From Tubulanus polymorphus (Eukaryota > Animalia > Nemertea), in NCBI RefSeq assembly GCF_964204645.1, contig NC_134027.1, forward strand, positions 24,080,560 through 24,144,559: a stretch of DNA of 64,000 nucleotides. Direction: 5' to 3'. Every line of letters starts with the position of its first letter. The stretch's first letter is position 1. The position numbers and the translations under genes are program-made. Under the pieces are notes generated by a model that saw only the letters and a list, made by a program, of their open reading frames with translations, was not told the origin of the DNA and did no database searches. This document shows positions 49,778-62,500 of the stretch, piece after piece.

Positions 49778-52700
49778 GCCACCGTCTTAGATTTGCTTAT
49801 TACTGTGTATACAATACCAGAAGCTTCGAGCCGTTCACCAGACATACAGCATTCACACTCAAAGAGATCTACTGTATCTCTTAATATATCGCTTTAAAAA
49901 AAGTAAAATTCTGCTCTATATTTTCATCTAGATGGCTGGTTTGCTTACGGTTGGTTTACTGATTTACTATCTAATTCTTAACGATACAAATAAGCGGAGG
50001 CTTCTGAGAACGCAAAATTTTCTAGGGGCTGACCAGCAGACCACCCCCACTGTGAAAATCGTGGATCCGCATCCCTGAGACTGGTCAGCTGCCTTGCATC
50101 GGTTCTGTTTACATTCAGTCGGTTCGACATGTGGTTCGGTTTAGCGCGTTGAAAAAATCTGCTTTATCCATCTTTGAGAGCGGAGTTCGAGATCTGTATC
50201 CTATATCAGCGGGGAAAGAAGAATTTACGTAACATATTCGATTAACTCTGATATAGGCCTAATAATCACTGATAATTATGATTGTATAGTCAGGTTATTT
50301 GGTGCATATTGTTTTGGCTGAGATTCCAATTAGGTTTTTTTTTGCGCATCCATTTTGCCTTACTTTCTTCCTCTCTTCTTCCTATCTCCCCCTCTTTTCC
50401 TCAGCCTCTTCTTTCTTTGCCTCCATCTTTCATTCTTTGTTCACTTTCTTCTTACCCTTATCTTCTTTTTACTATCTTCATTGCCATCTCTCTTTGCCTC
50501 CGCTGTCTTTCCTCGACGCATTGACCTGACGAGTAATTCTCCAAAATTGGAGAAGAAACTCCACGCTACTTAGATATTGGTTGGCCCAGATATTAGTGTT
50601 TCCACCATTGCACCAATACTGGAAATCAGAGTGGTCAAGGTATATCCTTCTTTAAAAAAGTCAGGGAATAGTCGAGGAATTTGGTGAAAAATTCAAAACC
50701 ATCAAATAAAACAGTTGCCGTCTATGTCTTACGTATTTGACTGTGTTGGTTGATTGGATTTTTAGTAGATCAAGTCGGAAAACAAAGTGCATATCAGGGA
50801 TGTATTAGTCGGGGGAAAGTCATGGAAATAGCGAGGTGAATAAAAGTAGCCACCCTGCCTTGTTAAAAAGGTCGGTTTGATAACGAAGAGATATGGAGGA
50901 AATGTTATCACGAGAAACCGCCGGGGCGCCGCGCGGTTCTATGAGAAAATGACATTTATCCTTTACATGTATATCTGCTTCTGCTGCATATATCACTCAG
51001 ATAGGATTATAAATATAGAGAAGCTATTTCGTATTTAATCATGAACGAACGGAGAATGATCAGTGTCGGAGAGAATGGATATCATTTTTAGAATACGATA
51101 TAATTACAGGAAACTGCTATCATATAATTACATATACACATACCCCCAGTACCGCTACTGCTGCATACTGTAATGTCTGAGAATTTCAGAATAGATTACT
51201 CATGTATGTACTGTTAAATAGGAAATCATATCATCAGGAAAAAGGATCCCAGTCTTGTGTAGGAGGGCGTGGAGGTGGTTGTAAACTTAGAAAATTAAGT
51301 TCCGCTCATTTTTCATTCAAAAATATTATGAAGCTGAGAAGTTTTAACATAATACTTGTATATGAAATATGCTCATTAATTTAGACCTTATGCTGCGGGC
51401 CTGAATCCGGCTTGTGACATTGCGTGCTGGGATGAGGGTTTATACCCTGAAAACTATGACTACTTGTGGTGGGTTTCACCTTTGGGTCAATTCTAAGATG
51501 GAGAAAGTATATGATTTCAATGATTTAGATCGATTGCCATTAAGTAATTTGTAAGGCTGTTGCGCACAGCTTTAGTTTTAGACCAATGAAACATTGAAGC
51601 CGGTTTTAGTTTTAATCAATCTTATGATTTGAGACCATTCTTAATTTCATATCGATATTATTAGTGTCATTAGACCTACGAGCAATTATCTGTAGGTTAG
51701 ACCACACATTCTGAGTTCTTAGACTAAGCATAAAACGATAACCAAAAGGGCTCAATCCAAGATTTCGGCTCGTCGAGAGCCCAGAACTAGCCATTTCAGG
51801 ATCTGCTCACCATAATCTGAAGTCGTTATAGATAAGATAGCTTTATTTTTCTGAAAAACTGTAAAAAAACGTATAAAATCATTCATCACATACGTGATGG
51901 GTGATTACAATATTTATACACGATATGAAATGTTACAATGATGATCTCATCAATTCTACGTAATCGAATTTCCCCGAAAGAAAGGAAGGAAAATATCCGT
52001 ATAGATAAAGATCTATATGATGTACATGTATGATTATCAGTGATGGTTTTTTTTGTATTCGTACGAACGGATGTTTGTTATATATGTAACTTCGTTTGGA
52101 GCAGACTATGGAATGACATTAGCGAGCTGTGGTCTGCGTCTGGTAGCCTTCCTCAATTCATAGAACAGTCAGATATAAACATGTATGTACGGTAGTGCTG
52201 TGAGATTGAAGCAGTACACCTGTATTATCAGAGCTATTATATACACCTGTATCCTCACCACTCCCCCATAACCACGAAAGAATTTCGAGCGGTCATGTTT
52301 TCCGGGGTGGTGGGGGTGGGAGGGTGGGGTGGTGCTTTGTACCGACCTATAGCCGTGATCACACGAGTGCTTTACGCCTGGGCCAACCATTCACAAGGAT
52401 ACCAAATGGACCCGGGTTTGGCCCAACCAAAACGTCGAAACCAGGTCTGAGCCAAATCTTAGCACTGGTCGAATCTTTAATGATATAGGTTGTCAAGCGG
52501 AATTGGTAAATTTGGGGAAGTATATCCAATCGGGATTTGAATTTTATATTTAATTTTGTGCTTGAGGTTATTTTTTTTAGTTCCGTACCTGTCTTATGCA
52601 CACTTTTTCTTGTAAATATTTTTATAATTCTCGTATTATATATATGTATATATTGTTTTCTTTTTCTTCTGTTTCGCTGTTCATTGACGATCGAATGTCA

Positions 52701-55700
52701 TTTGATTATGATGAATAAACCAACTTGTAACTCTTAACTTGTGCGCATACTCGTTCTGGAAGTGACTGGTTCGTTCCCGCTGTTTTCCATGAGAACCTCT
52801 CCGTTATCTATAGTTAATTTGGCCTCAAACGATCAATATTGATAAGGCATGATATTTAACTCGTGATCAACAGATATTTTCTAGTTCCTGACTATGCTGG
52901 CTACGGGCTCGTTTTCAGTGCCTGTATATCGTCATCTCTACTGAGTTTCTCTCATGTTTTATAAACTTTGTTACATTTAAACCACTTCAGTTCCTGAATC
53001 TCTCTATCTAAATCCCACGTCGCCGTCGCACCCACTCACCTCTGTTGTATAAACCACTTCGGTCTGATTTAAATCTCTGATGATGCGTTCGTTTCAACTT
53101 CGACAGAACTCACTGTTTTATTTAGTTTTTATTCGAGTTTCGGTATAAACCGTCGTGGATGTTTATCATTTCATCAACATTTCTTCATCTCCTAAAACGT
53201 TATCACTACCACCAGCATCACCAGCCTTTAGGCCTTTTTTAATTGCATTCTACTCTTTCTCCAAAGATACGTTTTTGCTTTGGGATAAAGTTACAAAGAA
53301 ATCTTTTGCTTTCTTTTGTTTTTCTTTCTGTGCTTCAAAAATGCAATTGCAGTTTTAATGGATTCTTCAGAAGTATTTTCTGAAATTTTGATCATTACTA
53401 GACTTGGAACCTATTCTTTTCTTGGCTTCCTCGAAGAAACACCTTTGTTTGGGACATAAGTTAAAGGGCGATGAAGTCTAACTCTTTACTTACTCCTACC
53501 TTTAAGCCTTTGCTTCAAAAATGAAATAGCGGTTTTAACCAATTCTCGAAAAAATTGCTGTATTTCTTCACTACACAGCCCCTTACCCGGGGGTATTCTG
53601 GGTGTGAAAGCATCCTCCTGCATGATCTGAGTTCCGTATAGACAATTTATGTTTCAGTGACTTTTTTGAATATCATATTCACTAGCATCTAAAATGATTC
53701 AAATTTTCTAAGGGCTACGGTGCTCACTGTTGCCGGCTACACAGTCAAATAAGTTAAACCTTATCTAAATTCTATCTATCGCACCCGCCCATAATAGAGG
53801 CTGCGTATGGGGCTGCATTTTAAGTCAATTTCGCTCGCTATCGATAAAAACGTTTTCGCGAAATTCTTCTCATTTCAATCCGCGCGAAGTTGAGGTAATG
53901 TTTTTGAAGTGAAGTTCGTTGTTTACGCAACGCCGGGTCTATACCGCGGGTTACACAGATATATCCCGGATTGTTCGTAACCGTATCTACGCGTATATAA
54001 CTCGTCCCGGGGATGGATGGATGGCGTGGTCGGTTGCAGCTAAAATTGTACGAGAGAAGCGGCGGCTGTACCGAGTAAAGTTGTTTATCGAACTGACTAG
54101 ATTTTTCTGTTTTATATGCTCGTGTATGCGTAGGTGCCTCGTCGGAAATTTCTTACATTTCCAGTCAGCGCTTTACAGTTCAACTGTTTTCTCATGTAGT
54201 CTATCTCAATCGAGAGAAGTTTCTAGACATATCTTCAAGTATGTTCAGATACCGGATGAACTTTTCTACCTCGCCAACCGGATTCACTTCCGTTCAACAT
54301 GTGGCTGTTTTTCTGACAGACATTCCCTCTAGTTCCTCTACGCAATTGCCAGAGGCATCCGCTATATTTGGAGTCACCCCTATTTCTAGCGGGTGGCTGA
54401 AATTGTCTCGTGCACGCTGTCCATCGTTGGTAGATCGCAAAAAAATGTAAGGCAGATTTTGACTGGACTCTACCGATTCGGGAATACTCTACTGGCGCGT
54501 TCATTTTGACCAGGATACGCTCTACCTATTCCAGAATAGTAAAATCTGTAAACCTGATAGAAGCGGCCGGTAGTGAGTTCGTAATCCAGAAAAGATATTC
54601 CTAAACGAAAATAGATTTCGATCGAAACCTGCCTTCGAACTAAATGCCGGAACTAAATCCGAGAGGCTTCAGGTCAAGGTCATTAAGCATCCAAGCCGGT
54701 CAAGGTCATTAGGCATCCAAGCATTTTACAGACGGTCTTTTTTAAAATGCATAATCATTAAAGTGGCTCTACAATGGTTCCACCCATAGACTTGTTCATT
54801 TTCAGCTTTCATTCTCTATCTTCATTTAATTGGTCTTCATATCCAGGTTAACTTTTAATATCATTACGATATGTTCTACATTATTCACTGAATTCTCGCG
54901 CCCCTCCCCTCCCCCTCCCTGGAAAAATAAATCGTCATCATTTCAAACACTTGTCTGCATCATTTTCGCGCGGGGTTAGAAGTTATTCTGATCGGTACTG
55001 CACCCAGCCAGTCTAATACCTGCTAACGTCTTAACAGCCACAACATCTATATTATTATTATTATTATCTTTATTAAAACAATTCACAGACGGACGAAGAT
55101 TTATATTAAATTGTTTTGTTACGTTTTCGTGTATATATCAACCGCCTAGACTGTAGCGATGACGAAAACAAACATACATACATGTAACATTCTTTCCGAC
55201 GTTTTTTTCTTCGAAGCCGACGGAAATTTCTGAAATCATTTTCATCTACGTGTATGCTGCTGATGTATATAGGTTGATAACGGTTCGGCGTACCTGCGAA
55301 CCGAGGGATAGAAAACGTTCGAAACTTTGAAACAGAAACATGTTTTTGAGCGTTTCCTATGTGGGAACGTGTTTCGTGGACAATGTTTTTCGAAATCAAG
55401 AATGTTTGATTGTGTTTCCATGTTTCCCTGTTTCGTGCGTTGTGCACATCGGGCTGTGGCGATTTAGTTGAAGTTGCATTGTGCTGTGCGCACAGTAAGA
55501 CCTGTCTGAATGTATTAATTAAGTCACTTCCAGTAATTAGTGATGTTAAAGGGGGATTTTACAGCTATCTCTTCAGAACAGTATCACGCCCAGTACTAAT
55601 TATCGGATTTCAGTTGAACTTCAGTTGGGGCTAGTTTTACAAAACTTGAAGAGGTCATTTGAATTGAGAAGGCTAATCATTTAGTTATGCATGAGCCCCT

Positions 55701-56185
55701 GCTAGAATCAGTTAAGTGAGAATATTAGTATATAAATTTAGAATATTTATTTCACCAGGTGCTTGAACACAGTCATGACTTAGATGGAAAACCAGTCTAA
55801 GAACAATTTACTTCTTTGCATACAGCCTGCAGAGCTGCCAACTGGTCCTCATTTTCAGTTCTTTTTTACTATGTTACCCTAAGAAATACTAAATTTCATT
55901 TGTTTGCTGTGTCTTGAAATGAGTAAGATGTTACTGAGGGTCTCGCCGATGATTACTTATCAAATGGAAAATTTTCTTTAATATTTCTGATGAAATGTTC
56001 CTGCAAAGAATTCCACTTGATAATGATAGCACCTGTCAGGGTTTGACAGACAAGTACAGCCAATAATATAACAACTTAATTATCCAGTTCCGATCTTAAG
56101 ATTTAAGACCACTTTTATCGGTGCAACTAGGCCCATACATCAACTCCAACTGCATAAACTGATGACGCTTTTCTGTATTTTGTAG

Positions 56186-56333
56186 TTGATCAAACCGGAA
56201 GAATTGACCAATAAGAACGTCGATGAGATGAGTATGATGACATACTTGTCTCAGTTCCCGAACGCTAAACTGAAACCAGGCGCTCCGCTCCGACCGAAAA
56301 CAAACCCCACCAAAGTACGAGCTTACGGCCCAG
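56186..56333 (+). CDS. FLN: Filamin coding exon 4 ([27 protein letters not shown]...VRAYGPG)
   Basis: End of CH2 and start of Ig repeat 1; GT-AG. Confidence 0.97.
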
Positions 56334-56559
56334 GTAGGTTACGCAATATAACTTCTTGTCATCAGAACATAGATAAACAAGAATATTGTGATTTCAGGTT
56401 CATGGCAATTTTTCGTACTTTTTAGTATTTTCACTTTGTTTATTGCTATACTATAAGTATGCTCATACTACAACTACATTTCGGTCTTGTAACAACAACA
56501 AACTGAAAGTTTTATACCAAAGGAGAATAAATTTGTTAAGTTTCATACTGACTAGAATG

Positions 56560-56965
56560 AACAGAGATGTCTGGTCTCCTGAAGTTCGTTGTAACGAGGT
56601 TCCACTGTTATTTCATACTGGAGATAATAGTGAGCTATCGTTTATAACGAACAGATTTTCTGTTCTCCTGAAGTTCGTTGTAAAAAGGTTTCACTGTAAT
56701 TTTATACTGGATATAACGGTGAACTATCGGTTATAACAAACAGATTTTCTCGTCTCCTGAAGTTCGTTGTAACGAGGTTCCACTGTAATTTTATACTGGA
56801 TATAACAGTGAACTATCTGTTATAACAAACAGATTTTCTCGTCTCCTGAAGTTCGTTGTAACGAGGTTCCACTGTTATTTCATTCTGGATATAACAGTGA
56901 ACTATCGGTTATAACGAACAGATTTTCTGGTCTCCTGTAATTCGTGGTAGCGAGGTTCGTCTGTA
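56560..56965. repeat. Tandem array, 89-bp unit, about 4.5 copies
   Basis: acagattttc...ctgaagttcgttgtaacgaggttccactgt starts at 56561, 56651, 56740, 56829 and 56918. Confidence 0.92.
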
Positions 56966-57159
56966 GTTTTGTATTGTATACAACAAACTCTCCAGCAAAC
57001 AGTCTGATCTCTACGCTGAAATGTTAACGGATTTACAATAAAGGGCGATCAATTGCTGTGAGACGTTGATATCGAGAAATCACTCGAACAAAATCTATTT
57101 CATCGATTTCCGATGAATCCGATTGATTTCTAATGAATGTGATCGGTATTTTTACGTAG

Positions 57160-57278
57160 GTATCGAACCGAAAGGTAACAGCGTCGGAGCTCAGGCCAGG
57201 TTTACTGTCGAAACATTTAGTGCCGGTAAAGGAAAGGTTGAGGTGTCCGTAATCAACCCACAAGGAATCCAAGAACCA
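57160..57278 (+). CDS. FLN: Filamin coding exon 5 (Ig repeat 1)
   Basis: GIEPKGNSVGAQARFTVETFSAGKGKVEVSVINPQG; GT-AG. Confidence 0.95.
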
Positions 57279-57401
57279 GTAAGTACCTTATTTGATACTA
57301 TGAACGTTTGGTCCAAAAAAAACTATGGAATTCTGGAATTTATTTTCAACCGCAGGTCGAATTTATTCTATTTAATGTCAAATCGATGTTTTATTCTTCA
57401 G

Positions 57402-57479
57402 TGTGAAATTATCTTCAACAATGACAGGAATCTGACGTATACATGTATTTACATGCCGACCATTGAAGGAGAATACAGG
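57402..57479 (+). CDS. FLN: Filamin coding exon 6
   Basis: CEIIFNNDRNLTYTCIYMPTIEGEYR; 78 nt, phase 0-0. Confidence 0.93.
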
Positions 57480-57639
57480 GTAAGAGTCATTAAATTGTAC
57501 ACATACATGTATATCTGTTTACCAAAATACACATATAAATGTACAGCAAAGCATGTATACACGTACATGTACACCACATTTGTATGAAATGTGTGTTACG
57601 TTTATAAAGTCATGTCTCATTGTCTGGGCATACATATAT

Positions 57640-58050
57640 GTTCATAGAAAAACACTTGAACATGTACAGTTTATGTATTACATGGGCAAAGCCGTGTATT
57701 ATTTGTTGCCTGGACACACGTATTAAAACTCTCAAACATGTATATGTTTACCCATGGCATGCACATGTTGTTTATTGCATGTGCAAAACCATGTATCATT
57801 TGTTGTCTCAACATATTTTTCATTTGAACATGTACATGTTTACTCATGACATGTACATTTGCAATGCCATGTTTCATTTGTTGTCTCAGCATTTATGTTC
57901 TTAAACTCTTGAACATGTGCATGATTACTTATGACATGAACATGTTGTGTATTACATCTGTTAAGCCATGTTTCGTTTATTGTCTGAACATTAATGTTCT
58001 TAAATTCTTGAACATGTGCATGTTTACTTATGACATGTACATGTTGTCTA
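57640..58050. repeat. Diverged intronic tandem repeat rich in ACATGT
   Basis: Recurrent ttgaacatgt(a/g)catgtttac...tgacatg blocks. Confidence 0.7.
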
Positions 58051-58076
58051 ACCTATTGATGTTTGTGCGTTCGTAG

Positions 58077-58239
58077 GTAATCGTCAAATTCGCCATTAAA
58101 GAGATTCCTAAGAGTCCGTTCAAGGTGAACGTTGAAGGTATCGCCGGTGACCCGAGTAAAGTGATCGCTAGCGGTCCCGGTATCGAACGAACTGGAAACA
58201 TGGTCTCCAAGAAAACATACTTCCACGTACTTACTAAAG
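58077..58239 (+). CDS. FLN: Filamin coding exon 7
   Basis: VIVKFAIKEIPKSPFKVNV...DPSKVIASGPGIE; GT-AG. Confidence 0.95.
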
Positions 58240-58410
58240 GTAAGAGAATTTCGGAGGACTTGGAAAGATTTCCTGCATAATGTACTCCTGCATAATGTAC
58301 TATCAGATGATGGAGAAATGATACCTATTTTCCCATGATTTCGGTGAATTTGAACTAAATTCTACACCTACCAAATAACGAAAATGAAATAATAAGTAGA
58401 TAGAAGTCAG

Positions 58411-58515
58411 GATCCAGTTCCAAAGTTGCGAGTTAGAGGTTACTCAGAGAATTAGTTCATTTTCAATGTTTAAACTCCAGATTAAAATCTTAAGTCATCA
58501 AAGTGGAACTGGGTC
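58411..58515. mobile_element. Short MITE with CAG TSD
   Basis: GATCCAGTTCCA...TGGAACTGGGTC; CAG at 58408-58410 and 58516-58518. Confidence 0.6.
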
Positions 58516-58634
58516 CAGTTCTAATGCTCTGGGATAGATTTGAGTTAGGAAGTAAAACCAATGAAATTGAACTAATCTTAATTCGAGAGTTCCTGATGAA
58601 GGATATGTAACTATGAGTGCTGTTTGATTTTCAG

Positions 58635-58835
58635 CTGCTGGTGTCGGTATGGTCGATTGCGTAATACTCGACCCGCACGGCGAAAAAACGTCCGTCAAAC
58701 CGAAACTGACGGCGGAAACGGCCGAAAAATACCTCGTCGAATATACACCTAAAGAGGAAGGATTACATCAAATACACGTGTTCTTCGCCGGAAAACCGAT
58801 CGCTAAAAGTCCGTTCGGAGTTGGCGTCGCTCCTC
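58635..58835 (+). CDS. FLN: Filamin coding exon 8 (Ig repeat 2); gene continues beyond window
   Basis: AGVGMVDCVILDPHG...VEYTPKEEGLHQIHVFFAGKPIAKSPFGV; donor C|gtaagt, phase 1. Confidence 0.95.
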
Positions 58836-59039
58836 GTAAGTTACATTCGTTAGGAATTAAAGTCGTCCGTCTGTCTATAAATACCGGGCTGTTAGCCTTA
58901 CCGGTAGCTACACTAGGCCTATCTTAGTTACGCTAGACCTATGACTGGTTTCATAGACGTATTTAAACTGAAATGATCCGTAAAGGTTCGAATCTATATT
59001 CTAGACTTATGCAGCCATCAACTTGCTCTCTGTAGCCTA

Positions 59040-59590
59040 GTGTTGTCTGTGTCCAACCTACCAGAGAATCTGTTGTCTACCTTTACCCTTAGACAATCTG
59101 TTGTCTGTACCCTGCATCCTCTCAGACAATCTGCCGCCATTACCCTGTACCCCTCAGACAATCTGCTGTCTGTACTCTCTACCCCCTCAGACAATCTGTT
59201 GTCTGTACCCTGGACCGTCTCAAACAATCTGCCGTAATTACCCTGTACTCCTCAGACAATCTGCTGTCTGTACTCTCTACCCCCTCAGACAATCTGATGT
59301 CTGTACCCTGCACCCTCAGACAATCTGCTGTCTGTACCCTGTACCCCCTCAGACAATCTGCTGTCTGTACCCTACACCCTTTCAGACAATCTACTGTCTG
59401 TACCCTGTACCCCCTCAAACAATCTGCTGTCTGTACCCTACACCCCTCAGACAATCTGCTGTCTGTACCCACCCCTCAGACATATGTTCTCTGTACCCCT
59501 ACCCTCAGACAATCTGTTCTCTGTGCCCCTACCCTCTAGACAATCTGTTCTCTTTACCCCTACCCTCTAGACAATCCGCTGTCTGTAGCC
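59040..59590. repeat. Minisatellite, about 31-33-bp unit
   Basis: ccctcagacaatctgctgtctgtaccctgta repeated about 17 times. Confidence 0.95.
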
Positions 59591-62500
59591 ACCATAGCTA
59601 CCGTGCAGGTTGCCACCTTCCCCCACAGAAACTAGCCTCGACCACTTAAAAGCCTATGTCAAAAAGCATTTTTCAAAGATCACCTTTTAAGCGGAGACAA
59701 TCTTTTTTCTCTATTTTGTGTAATCCGATCACGTATATATAAGAGTGGTATGTAAAACGGGGTTCTCTATACTGTATAGAGTTTCTCTATTGTTACGAAG
59801 CATGTTTAGATCTAGTCGGAATTCTATCTCTCTATTTATCGTCGTAGTCGGAATGTACACACGGTGATTCATTTTACCATTCTCGACCGATGTGTATATA
59901 TATATGTATTTTCTTTTCTCCTCGTGTCGTATCAATTTCAAAAACGATATATCTATTATTACTTTTTTTCAGTTCCCGGAGGTAAAATTGATTTCACGAT
60001 TGTTTCGTTTACGTTCTTTTTCGCTACGAAACGCGCGGAAATCTTTTCCGAGAGTTCGTTCGCATGGAGTTTTGAATTGTGTATTCATAGCCTTATTACA
60101 TACCTTGTACTCGCGGTATTAACGTGTCCTCGTCGTGCTATTACGACATCGAATTGCACTTAATGAATAAAGAGTGAAGGTCAAAGTCGGCGACGTATTC
60201 AAATATAATAAAACCGATGACACTGATGTTTGATTCTCGCATCAGCGAATGAAAAAAACGAATTTGCTGTTGCCGTTAACTGGTTCTATAGTCGCGATCG
60301 CACGGAGGTTTTTGACCTGAGCTTCACCAAGAATCTTAGTGTCTGATGTACCACAGACACTAAGATGCGAACGACATTTTCTCGATACTTTTAGATCACT
60401 GCAGCTTTAAACCACCAGAAATCCAGTTTCACTAAACCGATTGTGAAAAATAAACTATCGTTACAAACCTCATACATTCAGTTTTCTTATTATTATATTC
60501 ATTTGGAGGTTCATTCATCATAGTCCGTGCTTGATGCGATATAAATACAGAAATAGCAAAAATGACACCATTTTTTCACTTTGAAACTAGGCATTGTAAC
60601 ACTGTAGTTCGTTAGCAACAAGACAACTTGAGCGATGCGTGTCTCATCGCTAAACAGCGCATCATTTTTGTATCTTAAATTTAATCGTACTAAAATCAGA
60701 TTTATCGTCAAAATGTTATAATGAACAAACGTAAGACATCATAAGGTTAGTGTAGATAGTTTATTCATCAAAATCGGTTGTTTATTTGCTGAGATATCGC
60801 AGTTTGAACACGGACAAAAAAGCCGACCAAATTCTGGTCGGCAACTGTACAGCGAATTTGAATGCACGCGTCTGGGTGGTTGGTTACACTAGGATCGTAG
60901 AGCGACGGAGATCACTGGTGGAGACAACCGCTGCCAGTGCTGGATGAAGACCTGAGCCAGCTATACACACCGGTGTCAAATGGCCCCGTGCATGTTCGAC
61001 ACAGGGCCACAAAACAAACGAACGTCGGACCAGGCTTCTGCCCAATTTTAGCACGGCTCAAATAATAGCTGACTGGTTCTGGAAGTGGCTCACCTGACTC
61101 GCATTTAGTCGGAGTGAGCACACTCCCACTACCCACAGGTCAAATCTGACTGGTCTGATCCTGGCAAATTTGATCGTGGCCAATTTGACCCTGGCCAAAT
61201 TGTCTCCGTGTGATCGCGACGTGTATATAGCGCTATAGCTATACCAGTAGTAGTTTCATTGCGTAGTCTCCTGAAGTACGACCGACGCATTGAATATGAG
61301 AAATACTCGATATTACAACGTATTTAACATTTCAGCCTAATTCCGACTTACAGCATGACTGAAACCGCCCTCCCTCACCCTTTCTCTCTCTCATCAGACT
61401 AAGGCGGATCCAGATTGTATTTGAAGTATATTGCCGGCTAGAATTTCAAAGTCAGTCGTGACATTGCATATCGGAAAAGGCCAGGGCCCCCAGTTTATAA
61501 AAAAAAAATTAATCTGCATTTTTCAATTCAGTTACAAACCTATGTAAGGAAGCCTTTTTTCCTTAAATTTCCTAAATGTCAGGCCTATTGGGCACGATAT
61601 TCACTACGGCTTGCCCCATATTTGCCTTAGATTTCTCGCTGGCAATTATAACGTGGATCCGCCCCGTGTGTGAAATGTCGATATCTTGATAACACTGCAC
61701 ATTATTGCTTTCCTACGATGAAATATATCGAATTTTATTTTTGCAAGAAGCGCGATTGATATTATGAATATAGTTAGAGTTTAGTTTAGTGGATCCAGAT
61801 TGGGGAACTGCAGGGAATATAAAGCATACGATTTCCCTATAACGGTGCATGTAGATCAAAGGTATTAACAGCTTGTTGATATTCGACTGTTCATGATTTT
61901 TTGACGAAATTTTTTTTCATGAGATTACGCTTTTTTGAATTTTTTTATAAAAGCATCAGATTTGTTCGTGGAATGCTGCTGTTATTAGGATTCTATGTAG
62001 TTTTAGTTGTGTATATAGAAATAGCTTGAAATAAAAAGAGAAAATCCGATAAATAATCCATAAGGTAATAACGCATGAAATCAAAGTCAAGTAATCATTC
62101 AATATTGGATTTGTCTAAAATAAATTAGGGCCGTCTGGACTTGAAAATATGATTATGTTAATGGTTAAAAAAAGAAATGCATTCAGAGGCCAGTTCCTGA
62201 GCTACAGTTTGCAGATAAATTTGATGCCAATGCAGAGTTTTTATAAATGAGATTGTTGCAAAATCTTGAGTCGAATTTCATTAACAGCTCGGACCTGTTT
62301 TCAGGATGTTAATTTTTGACTCGGTAAGATTTGAATTACTGTTACGACAATCGAAAGTGAACTGATACTGATTCTGATTCTCGAAATTCTATTCCTTAGT
62401 TTTAGAACTCTGAATTTAGACTCTGTTGAATCAAATTTATCTCATAAAATTGCCGAACTACAATTAGATCTTGAATTCTTTCAAACATTTTGACTTCATC

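Noticed and set aside
50330-50520. Hydrophobic ORFs in all three frames
   Set aside because: Pyrimidine-rich low-complexity intron sequence, not a membrane protein.
53919-54332. 137-aa ORF in a CpG-rich patch of filamin intron 3
   Set aside because: TTG start and no motif; the donor at 54239 is out of phase with exon 56186. At most a non-coding alternative exon, which cannot be supported from sequence alone.
59101-59649. 182-aa Cys/Pro-rich ORF
   Set aside because: Translation of a minisatellite; several frames on both strands are open.
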